From the NCBI GenBank assembly GCA_038087875.1, contig CM075981.1, positions 34,844,001-34,908,000 of the forward strand: a stretch of 64,000 nt of DNA. Direction: 5' to 3'. Source of the DNA: Malacoraja senta. Its lineage: Eukaryota. Under the pieces are notes generated by a model. That model was given only the letters and a program-made list of their open reading frames with translations. It made no database searches and was not told the DNA's origin. A program made the translations under genes and the position numbers. This document shows positions 23,700-36,100 of the stretch, piece by piece. Within the stretch, counting starts at the first letter, position 1; each line of letters opens with the position of its first letter.

Positions 23700-26600
23700 G
23701 AAAATAGTGGGGGGGGGGGAGACAAATTGGAAATACAAGGATGGAGTGAAAGGGAAAGAGAGTATAGGAAAAGTTAAGTAAGACACCAGAATTAGCGGGG
23801 CAGAAAGCTCACAAAGGGATGGGAGAGTATGGCCACGTGAAATAGGAATCGATGTGAAAGATGAGGTGAGTAATGGATTAAAAGTATTATATATGAATGC
23901 GCAAAGTATAAGAAGTAAAGTGGATGAGCTTGAGGCCCAGTTAGAGATTGGTAGATATGACATTGTGGGGATTAGAGACATGGCTGCAGGAGGATCGGGA
24001 CTGGGAACTGAATAGTTAGGGTTATACGTCCTATAGAAAGGACAGGCAGGTGGGCAGAGGAGGTGGGGTAGCTCTGTTGGTGAGGGATGAAATTCAGTTG
24101 AGGGGTGACATTGGGACTGCTGGTGTAGAGTCTCTGTGGATAGAATTGAGGAATTGTAAAGGTAAGCATACACTAATGGGAGTGATCTACAGATCCCCAA
24201 AGAGTAGCCTGGATATAGGGTGCAAGTTGCAGCAGGGGTTAAAATTGGCATGTAACAAAGGTAATGCCACAGTGGTTATGGGAGATTTCAATATGCAGGT
24301 AGACTGGGAAAATCAGGTTGGTTCTGGACCCCAAGAAAGGGAGTTTGTAGAGTGCCTCCGAGATGGATTCTTAGAGCAGCTTGTACTGGAGCCTACCAGA
24401 AAGAAGGCAATTCTGGATTTAGTGTTGTCTAATGAACCAGATTTAAGAAGGGAACTCAAGGTAAAGGAACCGCTAGGAGGTAGTGAACATAATATGATAA
24501 ATTTTAATCTGCAATTCAAGATGGAGAAAGTTAAATTAAAAGTGTCAGCGTTGCAGTTGAACAAAGCCATGAATGAAGGCATGAGAGAGGAGCTGGCCTA
24601 GGTCGACTGGAAAAGGATCCTAGCAGGAATGATGGTGGAACAGCAAAGGCAGGAATTTCTGGGCATAAACCAGAAGATTTCATTCCAAAGGGGAAGATAG
24701 ATTCTAAGTGGAGTAAGAGGCAACCGTGGCTGACAAGGGAAGTTAGGGATGGAATAAAAAGAAAAGGTGTATAACATAGCAAAGAGTAGCGGGAAGCCAG
24801 AGGATTGGAAAACTTTCAAAGGACAACAGAAGGTAACAAAATGGGCAATACAGGATGAAAAGATGAAGTACGAGGGTAAACTGGCCAAGAATATAAAGGA
24901 TAGTAAAAGCTTCTTTAGGTATGTTAAGAGAAAAAGAATAGTAAAGACAAATGTGGATCCCTTGAAGGCAGAAACAGGTGAAATTATTATGGGAAATGGC
25001 AGAAAAGTTGAACAGGTACTTCGGTTCTCTCTTCACTAAGGAAGACATAAACAATCCCCAGATGTACTAGAGGACAGAGGATCTAGGGAGAGAGGAACTA
25101 AAAGAAATTTGCATTAGGTGAGAAATAGTATTGGTTTAGAGATAGTGATGGGACTGAAGGCTGATAAATCCCCAGGGCCTGATGGTCTGCATCCCAGGGT
25201 ACTCAAGGCTCTAGAAATCGTGAATGCATTGATCATTTTCCAATGTTTTATAGATTCAGGATCAGTTCCTGAGGATTTGAGGGTAGTTCATGTTATCCCA
25301 CTTTTCAAGAAAGGAGCGAGAGGGAAAACGGGGAATTATAGACCAGTTAGCCTGACATCGGTGGCGGGGAAGATGCCGGAGTCAATTATTAAAGAAGTAA
25401 TAACGGCGCATTTGGATAGCAGTAAAAGGATTTGTCCAAGTCGGCATGGATTTATGAAAGGGAAATCCTGCTTGACTAATCTTCTGGAATTTTTTGAGGA
25501 TGTGACAAGTAAAATGGATGAACTGGATGTAGTGTATCTGGACTTTCAGAAAGCCTTTGATAAGGTCCCACACAGATTAGTGGGCAAAATTAGAGCACAT
25601 TGTAATTCGGGTAGGTTATTGACATGGATAGAAAATTGGTTGGCAGGCAGGAAACAAAGAGTAGGAATAAACGGGTCCCTCTCAGAATGGTAGGCAGTGG
25701 CGAGAGTAGTGCCGCAAGGCTCGGTGCTGGGGCCGTGACTATTTACTATATATATTAATGATTTAGATGATGGGATTAAAAGTAACATTAACAAATTTGA
25801 AGATGACACAAAGCTGGGTGGCAGTATGAACTGCGAGGAGATGCTAGGAGGTTGCAGGGTGACTTGGACAGGTTGAGTGACTGGCAGATGCAGTATAATG
25901 TAGATAAATGTGAGGTTATCCACTTTGGCAGCAAGAACAAGGAGGCAGATTATTATCTCAATGGTGACAGATTAGGAAAAAGGGAAGTGCAACGAGACCT
26001 AGGTGTCCTTGTACACCAGTCACTGAAAGTAAACAGGCATGTAGCAGGCTGTGAAGAAAGCTAATGGCATGTTGACCTTCATAACGAGAGGATTTGAGGA
26101 TAGGAATAAAGAGGTCCTTCTGCAGTTGTAAAGGGCCCTGGTGCGTCCACATCTGGAGTATTGTGTGCAGTTTTGGTATCCTAATTTGAGGAAGGACAAC
26201 CTTGCTATTGAGGCAGTGCAGCGTAGGTTCACGAGGTTAATCCCCGGGATGGCGGGACTGTCATATGATGAAAGATTGGAAAGACTGGGCTTGTATTCAC
26301 TGGAATTTAGAAGGATGAGAGGGTATCTTATAGAAATTATATAAAATCATAAAAGGACTGGACAAGCTAAATGCAGGAACAAATTTCCCAGTGTTGGGGG
26401 AGTCCAGAACTAGGGGCCATAGTCTAAGAATAAAGGGGAGGCCATTTAAAACTGAGATGAGAAAAAAAAAATTCACCCAGAGAGTTGTGAATTTGTGGAA
26501 TTCTCTGCCATGGAAGGCAGTAGAGGCCAATTCACTGGATGAATTTAAAAGAGAGTTAGATAAAGCTCTAGGTGCTAGCGGAATCAAGGGATATAGGTAG

Positions 26601-26713
26601 AAGGCAGGCACGGGTTATTGATTGTGGATGATCAGCTATGATCCCAATGAATGATGGTGCTGACTCGAAGGGCCAAATGGCCTCCTCCTGCACCTATTTT
26701 CTATGTTTTCTAT
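23700..26713 (+). mobile_element. CR1-clade LINE, nearly complete ORF2 (APE endonuclease + RT), decayed
   Basis: LYMNAQSIRSK, GVIYRSP, VVMGDFN, KSPGPDG, NYRPVSLTS, YLDFQKAFDKVPH, VRPHLEYCVQFW; 3' tail ctcctgcacctattttctatgttttctatg; many stops and frameshifts. Confidence 0.92.
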
Positions 26714-27249
26714 GGAAACAAAACTGCAGATGCTGGAAATCCTAATTAAAGGTCTTTTGAATCTCAGTTTCTGCATTGTTTTCCTCTGTCTCCTGTGTTT
26801 TTATTCATCTCCTATTTATACTTAATGCAGACAAATCAACTATCGAGGGAGACTTTCAACACCCTGAGCCAGCCTGCAGCATCACCAGTTGTGCATTCAG
26901 TATCTCTTTGTTCACGTCCTATCACAGATATTCCCTCTGCTCTCTCCACCCCTCTCCTTCTCTGTGATTGAAAACATTTCAACCCCTTCCATTGATGAAA
27001 GGTGCTTTGGCCTGAAAATTTATGACAGTTTTCCCTCCACAAAGGCTACCTGAACCGCCATGATCTTTTGGCAATTTCTCATTCTCCATTTTCCCTGCTA
27101 GTCATCAGATTTACTGTCTCCTCCTTCATCTACAGGGAGAGATACCAATGAGTCTACCATCTAGAGATATGCAAGGGTGCATAGATTCAGCTTCAGGAGG
27201 CTGGAGCAAGGACATTTGTAAATTATGCTGGAAAGATATATTAAAAAAG

Positions 27250-27345
27250 TATACTGAAGAAGGGTTTCGGCCCGAAACGTTGCCTATTTCCTTCGCTCCC
27301 TAGATGCTGCTGCACCCGCTGAGTTTCTCCAGCATTTTTGTGTAA
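27250..27345 (+). mobile_element. Penelope terminal repeat with a hammerhead core (GUU site, stem I disrupted)
   Basis: CTGAAGA-a-gggt-ttcg-gccc-GAAACGTT at 27254-27281. Confidence 0.7.
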
Positions 27346-28834
27346 CCATGAACATTTATTTACCAAATTGTTTCTATGTGTTTATCATAAAGTAGGATGT
27401 TTACTGAGTACTGTGGACATTTTGATTTTCCAACTAGTTCAGAAGACTGAATTAATAACATTATATGAGTTTTATAGATAATGAAATAAATAAATAAACA
27501 TGCAATACTATTCCATTAACGTTTTTGGGCATTTTCTTTAATAATAATGAACCATTTTGTCCAGCGAGATTTACGAAAGTATTTAAAATCGTCTTCAAAT
27601 CAGTGAAAATTGACTTTTCAGGTTCACACCTGCAAAAAAATCTAGAGTGTGATTTTCCTGCAGTTTGTAATGTTATTTAATCATTTAACTCTATCATCCA
27701 ACACTGGGCCCACTTCCACATTGAACAGTGGATTCCACAAAAAAAGGCAGACCACGTATCCTTCACCAATTCCATATAAATGAATTAAAGACAAATGGAA
27801 ACAACAAAAATACTGTAGATGGAGTCATAAAGTAATAGTGTGGAAAGAGGCCCTTCAGCCCAACTTGCCCACACCGGCCAACATGTCCCAGCTACACTAG
27901 TCCCACCTGCCCGTGTTTGGTCCATATTCCTCCAAACCTTTTTCAGACTGAGATGTAGTCTGTGGTAATTCTTGGCAAATGTCAGTTTGGGTCCATTACT
28001 CATTTAAATTTTATAAATCGAGGTTTTCAGGATTATGAGATGGTTGACAGGGTAGATAAATAAAAACCATACCCTCTGGGAATTGGTCAGCTACTTGAGG
28101 TCATTTATTGTAAAACCTTGAGAAAAGATCTTCTTGAGAGCAGGATTTTACTTTTTATTTCAGTTCAGGACAATGGTGCAGCTTGTAGAACAGCTGCTTC
28201 AGAGACCCTGAGAAACATGTTTGATCCTAATCTTAAGGTGTTGTCTCTGTGCAGTTTGCAGGTTCACCTTGTGACAATGTTGGTTTCTCACAGGGGCTCC
28301 GCTTTCCCCAGCCCAGATCCCAAAGACATGGGGATTGGTGGGTTGATTGGCCACTATAGATTGTCCCTATGTATGTGAGTGTCAGAAACCGAGAGAGTTC
28401 CTGGGAATGTAGAGATAATGCAATGGGAATAGTGTAGGTAGTGCAAGTTGATGGGTGGCATGGATTTTGTGGGCTGAAGAGCCTGTTTTTGTGCTGTTCC
28501 ACTCTGTAATTCATAGTACAAACATACTGGAAAGTATTTCCATTAATTATTTTAAAAGTGTGATAAAATGCTGTTCAGAATGAGAAGCTCACAGGCAAGG
28601 GGGAAGTGGGGATGTTGAACTAAATATTATTGCTTTTCCAAAGAGCCAACACAGGCACATTGGGTAAAATAGACTCCTTATGTGAGATTTTTGAGCTTAG
28701 TACTTCAGTGTTGTCTTTCAGTTTTGCTCAACGTAAATGCTACAAAATTCAGAGTATACCGGAAATTGGAGAGTGGTTATCTGTGTCCTCCTCAATTCAA
28801 CACATGAAAAATAAGATATCATTGTAAATTGGTG

Positions 28835-29420
28835 ACAATAGACAATAGGCAATGGACAATAGGTGCAGGAGTAGGCCATTCGGCCCTTCGAGCCAGCACC
28901 GCCATTCAATGTGATCATGGCTGATCATCCCCAATCAGTACCCCGTTCCTGCTTTCTCCCCATATCCCCTGACTCCGCTATCTTCAAGAGCCCTATCTAG
29001 CTCTCTCTTGAAAGCATCCAGAGAACCCGCCTCCACTGCCCTCTGAGGCAGAGAATTCGACAGACTCACCACTCTCTGTGAAAAAAAGTGTTTCCTCGTC
29101 TCCGTTCTAAATGGCTTACTGTTTATTCTTAAACTGTGGTTCCTGGTTCTAGACTCCCCCAACATCGGGAACATGTTTCCTGCCTCTAGCGTGTCCAAAC
29201 CCTTAACAATCTTATATGTTTCAATGAGATATCCTCTCATCCTTCTAAACTCCAGAGTGTACAAGCCCAGCTGCTCCATTCTCTCAGCATATGACAGTTC
29301 CGCCATCCCGGGAATTAACCTTGTAATCCTACGCTGCACACCCTCAATAGCAAGAATTCCTCAAATTAGGAGACCAAAACTGCACACAATACTCCAGGTG
29401 TGGTCTCACTAGGGCTCTGT
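28835..29420 (-). mobile_element. CR1 LINE, 3' fragment
   Basis: ORF 28935-29339 (RLIPGMAELSY...FFSQRVVSL); (gacaata)n tail. Confidence 0.88.
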
Positions 29421-29589
29421 ACCACGTGATTTGTACCACTGCCATTTTCATGCATCTTGATGCACCCATGCAAGGAGGAACAAGGATACGACCAGTTGCA
29501 TTTAATGAAATGTACATCGTTGCCCAAATTTCCCTTGGAATATGTATGACCTGCACCATCCATGGCCATTCTTGGAACAGGACTCCACC

Positions 29590-29980
29590 AGCCCTAATGC
29601 TGCTCTAGACCTGTGATAACTCTCCATGCTTGCGGCACTGCTCCATGCACGTGATGTTTCTCCAGGTGCCTGCCACTTCTCCAGGCCCGTAACATTGCTC
29701 CTGGCATGTGGTGTTTCGCAACATGCATGCCACTTCCCCAGGCCCATAAGCTTGCTGTGATGGTTCCCCAGGCCTGTGACATTGCAGACCCATGAGAATG
29801 CTCAAGGCACATCCCAGGCCACTGCTGAAAAACAACCTCAGTAAGGATCCTTCATAACAATTTAATTCCCGCATGGCCCACAGTTCCATAATGTACCCTA
29901 CCCTTTCGCAACCTCTCCACCAATAACCTGACCAAAACTCCTCCAATTCCAAATCTTCCCATCGATTGCCCACCACTGAT
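29590..29980 (-). mobile_element. Possible decayed zinc-knuckle (gag-like ORF1) retroelement relic
   Basis: ~50-bp degenerate repeats translating as CHRPGE / CYGPGEVAG / CRKHGE, resembling CX2CX4HX4C knuckles. Confidence 0.3.
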
Positions 29981-31810
29981 CCCCCCGCTTACCAACCATC
30001 AGCTAAACCTTTCTTACTGATGGACACTGGCCACTACCCTTCCAAACCTTGATCTTCTCCCCTACCCCAGGTTCCTCTCCCCATCGCCTGCCTTGGGCCA
30101 GAGCTGCCCTCAGATTTTCATGTCCACTGAAGTGTGTGCAAAGGGTGCCATCTTGTGCCATTGTGCAAGGCTCATTCAAAAGAGTGCAATTGCTTGTGAT
30201 ATCAGTGAGGGGTTGGAGAAGGGGGGACGAAAGGAAGTTAACAAAACATTTGCTGGGCCACCATAACCCAACTAATGTGTCTTTGCAGGCGCCGGGCAAT
30301 ACCTACGCATACACCACTGGCCCAATTGATCTTCTTCTTCTGAACCTGTGTTATGTGCGGGGGGAAAGGCCGGGCAGTTTTCCCCTTTAAATCTGCCCTT
30401 CTTTCCTGTGTAGGCCAGGTGGTGAAGGGCGACATCAGTGCCTCCTCCTGTTGAGATAAGGAGAGTTAAAAATACATTTGAAATTCCATTTCTTTCAGCT
30501 GTGGCAATGAACACTGGAAAAACAGTCACAGGCTTCACTGGGGAAACATGTAGGGAGGGGCAGAGATCTGAAAAAAGTACAACTGACTCTTGATCCGTCG
30601 GTGACACTAGTCATTGGGCTCATCTCACTGATCTCATCTGAGCTGTTATATTATAATAAAGCCTTCAGAGTTGCCACTTGTTGTTGATCATTTCCTTCTT
30701 GCCACAGTACATAGTACACAGTACATGTGTCAGAGGTTATGGGGAGAAGGCTGGAGAATGGTGTTAGGAGGGAGAGATAGATCAGCCATGAATGAATGGC
30801 GGAGTAGACTTAATGGGCTGAATGACCTAATTCTACTTGTATCACTTATGAGTACTCTGACCACACGTGACCGGAATATTTGATGTATTTAAAAAAAAAT
30901 TATAGATAATTATTTAACTGTATATCACAAAGTGTACCATTTATAAATTACATTAAAGCTCACTTGTTGTTTCTCATGCAGATACACCAATCTCTATCTC
31001 AGCCCCATCTCATAATTAGCATTGAGATAAATGCTAGTCAATGTGGGTGTGGTGATACTGGTTGTTTTCCAGGGCTACACTATTGCATGGAACATTTAGC
31101 TTTGCTCATGTCAGACTCCCTTTCCTCACAGAAGATTTTTGAAGTTAAAATATATCAGCAAAAATAAATTATTGGAGAAATTAACTTTTGATCAGGACTT
31201 GATCAAAGGCTTCCAAAGGGCCTGCTCCTGTGTTGATTGATGCTGACTACAAAGAAAAAATGCCTTAGGCTTGTTAGCACTATATCGCAGGATTTTTTAA
31301 ATAATTAACTGCTGAGGAACCAGATTCCTGATTCTGGTGCAACATCAGCAGATTGATGGGTAGCAAATGTAACCTTTATTTAAAGGATGAAGGGGAATAG
31401 AGAATGATGAGCCTGTTAGTGGTAAAATGCTTGAATACGTCATTATGGTCATGTTGGAAGAGCATTCCCAAACTCTAAGTATGACTAGACAGAATCCACA
31501 GGGTTTTGAGGGGGGGAGGGGGGGGGAATCAAGTTTGAGAAATCTAATAAAACTTTTAGAAGATTTATCAGACAGGGTAGATAAGAAAAAAAATCTGGAT
31601 TTTTAAAAGATTTGATAAGGTACTGCACATTTGATAAGCTTGTTACATAAAATAGGCTTAGAGAATAGGGAATAAGGATAGGGGATTAATTAAATTATAG
31701 GAAAGAGGAAAGTCATTTTCTTGTTGGCAAGCATTTAGCATTTAAAATGGTTGTTTGATTGAGATCTTATTTTGTTCATGCCAATAACATATGCATCTTC
31801 TCATTTCCAG

Positions 31811-32345
31811 ACAGCAGATGCCTTCTTCTTTCTTCAAGTTCCAGTTTAAAAATGTAGAATATTCTTCCGGGAGGAATAAAACATTTTTGTGCTATTCAGT
31901 GGAAGAGCAGGGTGCGGAGTGTCAGAAAACTGAAGGATATGTGGAGGACGAGCACACAACTACGCATGCTGAAGAGGCCTTCTTCACAGACGTCTTCAAG
32001 GAGTGTGATGGCAAGTTGCAGTATTCCATCATTTGGTACGTGTCCTCCAGCCCCTGTGCGGCCTGTGCTTCCAAAATTGTAGAGTACCTGAAGCAGAGTC
32101 CCAACGTCTGTCTCACCATTTTCATTGCCCGCTTATTCATGTGGGAAGAGCCCGAGATCCAACAAGGCCTGAAGCTACTGATAGCTGCTGGTTGCCGATT
32201 GAGGATCATGAAGGCTCCCGAGTACAACTACTGCTGGAACACCTACGTCGAAAATGAGGGGGAATCGTTCGCACCCTGGGAAGACCTACCAACCAGCAGC
32301 TCGGCTTATGAAGGGATTCTTAATGACATTCTACAACATGCCTAG
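31811..32345 (+). CDS. APOBEC2: APOBEC2 coding exon 2, zinc-dependent cytidine deaminase fold
   Basis: Acceptor tcatttccag|; FFKFQFKNVEYSSGRNKTFLCY, HAEEAFF (HxE), WYVSSSPCAAC (PCxxC), ARLFMWEEPEIQ, YCWNTYVE; stop TAG at 32343-32345; 113+535 nt = 215 aa. Confidence 0.97.
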
Positions 32346-32550
32346 AAGTGTGAGGCATTTTGGCTTGTAACCAAATAATAGGGGTTGCCACAGTCTGATG
32401 CTTTCTTCTCCATCCCCCGCCCCCCCCCCCCCAAAGCCCACGTATGTTTGCCGTGAGCACTCTTGTTTGTTGTGATTGGTTTATACAAGGAAAGGCAAGA
32501 GCAATGTTGTCAATATTGGACATTTGGTTAACATTTTATTGATTTATGCC

Positions 32551-32556
32551 AATAAA
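32551..32556 (+). promoter_or_regulatory. Candidate APOBEC2 poly(A) signal
   Basis: First AATAAA after the stop, ~205 nt downstream. Confidence 0.4.
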
Positions 32557-33269
32557 ATTAGGGGTGAGCAGGAATGAACCTTGTGGTACCAATCCCACGT
32601 TTTAAAGTGTTTCCACAGAGTTTCTACGAGAGGAGACAGGCACTCCAACTCTGAATACCCTACCTCTGTATACAGCTTGAGGGAATCTGTAATACTCTCT
32701 GGTCTGGATAAATGCAAGCTGGTGCAAAGATTGCTATTCCAATGAGGGTGGTATTCGCTTTGTGGTCTGCCAGACTGTATCTCTACATTATTCTCTCAGT
32801 GAACAAACACAGGAAACAGAAGAAAAATCTTCCTTTGATTCATGGCAAGAATCAATAATTTTTTTTCACCAAATAACCAATGTTAAAATGCTTGCGTTAA
32901 AAACAGGTTTGACAACAGAGAGCCTGCAGTGTTTTTGTTAGATGGTTGGAATAGTGTGACGATGTGTATGTCAAGTTTTACCAACCCTGCTCCCGATCAT
33001 GGTTTGCATCAACAGACAGGCACAACAGGACAATTTTCAGAACTGTACCATAAAGGGGATAAACATTAATAAATAATAACAACAGGAAAAGATAGGAAAG
33101 CTTACAGCTGAGAATCTCAAATTAATTTCACTGGTGTACAACCTGCAATTAAAGTAGGATTTACAGGTGAGGGATGATTGGAGCAGGGTGGAACAAACTA
33201 AGCGCTATTTTAAGGTTATATTTGTATTTGCAGATGCAATAATTTTATGCTCTTTTTCAACGTTTAAAG

Positions 33270-33730
33270 TCAGAGTCATAGAGTGATACAGTGTGGAAAC
33301 AGGCCTTCAGGCCGATCTGGCATACACCGGCCAACATGTCCCGGCTACGCCAGCTGCCCGCATTTGGTCCATATCCCTCCAAACCTGTCCTATCCATGTA
33401 CCTTTCTGTTTCTTAAATGTTGGGATAATCCCTGCCTCAACTACCTTCTCCAGCAGTCTGTTCCATACACTCACCACCCTTTGTGTGAAAAGGTTACCCC
33501 TCAGATTCCTATTAAACCTTTTCCCCTTCACCTTAAACCTATGATTTAGGCCTCTAGTCCTCGATTCCCCCACTCTGGTCAAGAGACCTACCCGATCTAT
33601 TCCTCTCATGATCTTATACACCTTTATTAGATCACCCCTCATCCTCCTGCACTCCAAGGAATAGAGCCCCAGCCTACTCAACCTCTCACTATAGCTCAGA
33701 ACCTCTAGTCCTGGCAACATCCTTGTAAAT
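33270..33730 (-). mobile_element. CR1 LINE, 3' fragment
   Basis: ORF 33307-33720 (LSYSERLSRLGLYSLE...FTQRVVSVWNRL). Confidence 0.85.
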
Positions 33731-34879
33731 CTAAGTTTTGTTTAGTTGCAAATCTTGAGACACATAAAATAAAGTTAGAAAATACAAGAATTATTCAGGT
33801 CAGGCAGCATCCGTGGAATGAGAAACAGTTAGCCAGAATAAATAATATTGTTTGATTTTAATCTGCTATTAAGACGTTTGATGGGAATTGCAAGACTGAG
33901 GTGCTACAGCACCACTGGTGGGAGGGTGTAACTATGACAACTTCATGCAGGCAGCAATGGAGTCATAGAATTTAAAATGGAGAGCAGTGAAACTGAAAGT
34001 GTGGCAAAAATGTTACAACACCAAGCTGGAGTATTTTTGAAGAGCATATGTACAGACCTAGGATTTTTTATCTATTTCACGGAGAGTTGCATATTTACAT
34101 TGTGAAAACATAGTGGTACAATTACTGATTTGTCCTACTAGAAATGTAAAGTATTTTGAGTTGCATATGCCAGGGTGTAATATCGATGCATGCAGTTTTA
34201 TCACAGGTGCAAGTGTGACGGATTAAAGGCATCATTTGCTAACAAACTGAAGAACTTTAAACTGCATTGACTCAAGTGTGATTTTTTTTCTAACAGGCTG
34301 AAACTCCCCAGTGTGCATTTTTTGCAGGGGATATTATAATTTTATAACATCAGAGATGCTCATAACTATATTGAGAGCAGCCTCCATGTTCTCCAGCTCT
34401 GTGAGGGAGAAGCTGAATGCTTCTATGGGAGGGAACTGGGAGAAAACAGTCCCTCGGCTGAGATAAATATCCAACATAAAAAGTTATGGAATATTACAAA
34501 GCAACCATATATATTTGAAAGAATATATATTTTAAAAACCCTTATCTAATAGGTAGCTGTGAAAGGTCTGAAAATTCTGAAAATAATCCCTACCTTAGGT
34601 GCAACAGTGTCACACTGGCTTCATCACTAACAAAAGGTGATGTGAAAACAGAACAAAATGGCACGGTGAATTTACACCTCAGGTATCATCTCTACATGCA
34701 TAATGCTGTTAGATGTCAAATGTAAAAAAAATTATACCTTCTGATAATTGGATAGCGCAGCCATTTAATATTATTACATCAGTCTAGCTCATTATATTTT
34801 ATATTATTACATCAGTCATTGTACTCATTACAACCCAAGCCTTTGGTGTTGTAAAACTCCCTCCATTTCAAATGCACTT

Positions 34880-36100
34880 TTAAAATTCCACACTGCTGTG
34901 GAGGCCAAGTCAATTGATATTTTTAAGGAGGAGGTTGACAGATTCTTGATTAGTAAAGGGCCTGTCCCACTTGGGCGACATAATCCACAAGTTCTGGCGA
35001 GTTTGCCCTCGACTCATACTCACAGCATGGTCAACACGAGGTCGTAGGTCTTTGTAACTCTCCTTCATGCTCGAGAGTATTCCCCGTGTACTCGAGGCCT
35101 CAGCTAGGTCGCGGCGTATTTTTCAACATGTTGAAAAATGCCCGCGTGTAAAAAATGGTCGCCATGGAAAAAATCGATACTTTTTTTACTCGTAGGTTTA
35201 GTCATAGTAGGTCGGCATGTTAGTCATAGGTAATCGAGGGTAGTCGAAGGTAGTCGTAGATAGTCTTCATCATAGTCGAAGGGAGGTCGAAGGGAATCGT
35301 AGGAGGCCGTCTTCACTCTCCACTATTCGGTGTCCAATTTTCCCGAAGCTAGTCGTAGCTAATCTTCAACATAGTCGAAGGAAGTCTTCTACATAGTCGA
35401 AGGAGGTCTTCATCATAACTTTTTTTTAAACTCTCCTAAACTCGCCAATTAGGTCGCCCAAGTGGGACAGCCCCTTGGGCGACCTAATTGGCAAGTTTAG
35501 AAGAGTTTAGGAGAGTTTGAAAAATTGTCATGTTGAAGACCTCCTTCGACTATGTTGAAGACTAGTTTCGACTAGCTATGACTAACTTCGGGAGAGTGAA
35601 GAGTGAAGACTAACTTAGTGGAGAGTGAAGACGATCTCCTTCGATCTCCCTTCGACTATGTTGAAGACTACCTTCGACTACCTATGATTACCTTCGACTA
35701 CCCTCGATTACCTACGACTAACATGCCGACCTACTACGACCAAACCTACGAGTAAAAAAAGTATCGATTTTTTCCATGGCGACTTTTTTTACTTGCGGGC
35801 ATTTTTTAACATATTGAAAAAAACGCAGCGACCTAGCTGAGGCCTCGAGTATGCGGAGACCACTCTCAAGCATGAAGGAGAGTTACGAAGACCTCCTACG
35901 ACCTCATGTCGACCATGCTGCGAGTATGAGTCGAGGGCAAACTCGCCAGAACTCGCGGATTAGGTCGTCCAAGTGTGACAGGCCCTTAAGGATGTCAGGG
36001 CAATGGGGCTGAAAGGGAAAGATAGATCAGCCATGATTGAATGGCGGGTGAGACCTGATGGGCCAAATAGCCTTATTCTGTTCCTAGAATGTATGAACAT
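34880..36100 (+). mobile_element. CR1 3' end split by the MITE composite
   Basis: gacagattcttgattagtaa resumes as ggatgtcagggcaatgggg after the insert. Confidence 0.75.
34957..35986. mobile_element. Composite of two inverted MITE copies (PIF/Harbinger-like)
   Basis: Outer TIRs agggcctgtcccacttgggcgac / gtcgtccaagtgtgacaggccct; TAA duplicated at 34954-34956 and 35987-35989; inner junction at ~35475; no ORF. Confidence 0.85.

Noticed and set aside
31791-31810. ORF-track start MHLLISR for APOBEC2
   Set aside because: It is intronic polypyrimidine tract; the real N-terminus is spliced from 20351-20463.
32410-32432. C/G homopolymer runs (also 6143-6160, 51668-51685) as functional G-quadruplexes
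   Set aside because: Homopolymers are error-prone, mostly inside repeats, and have no independent support.
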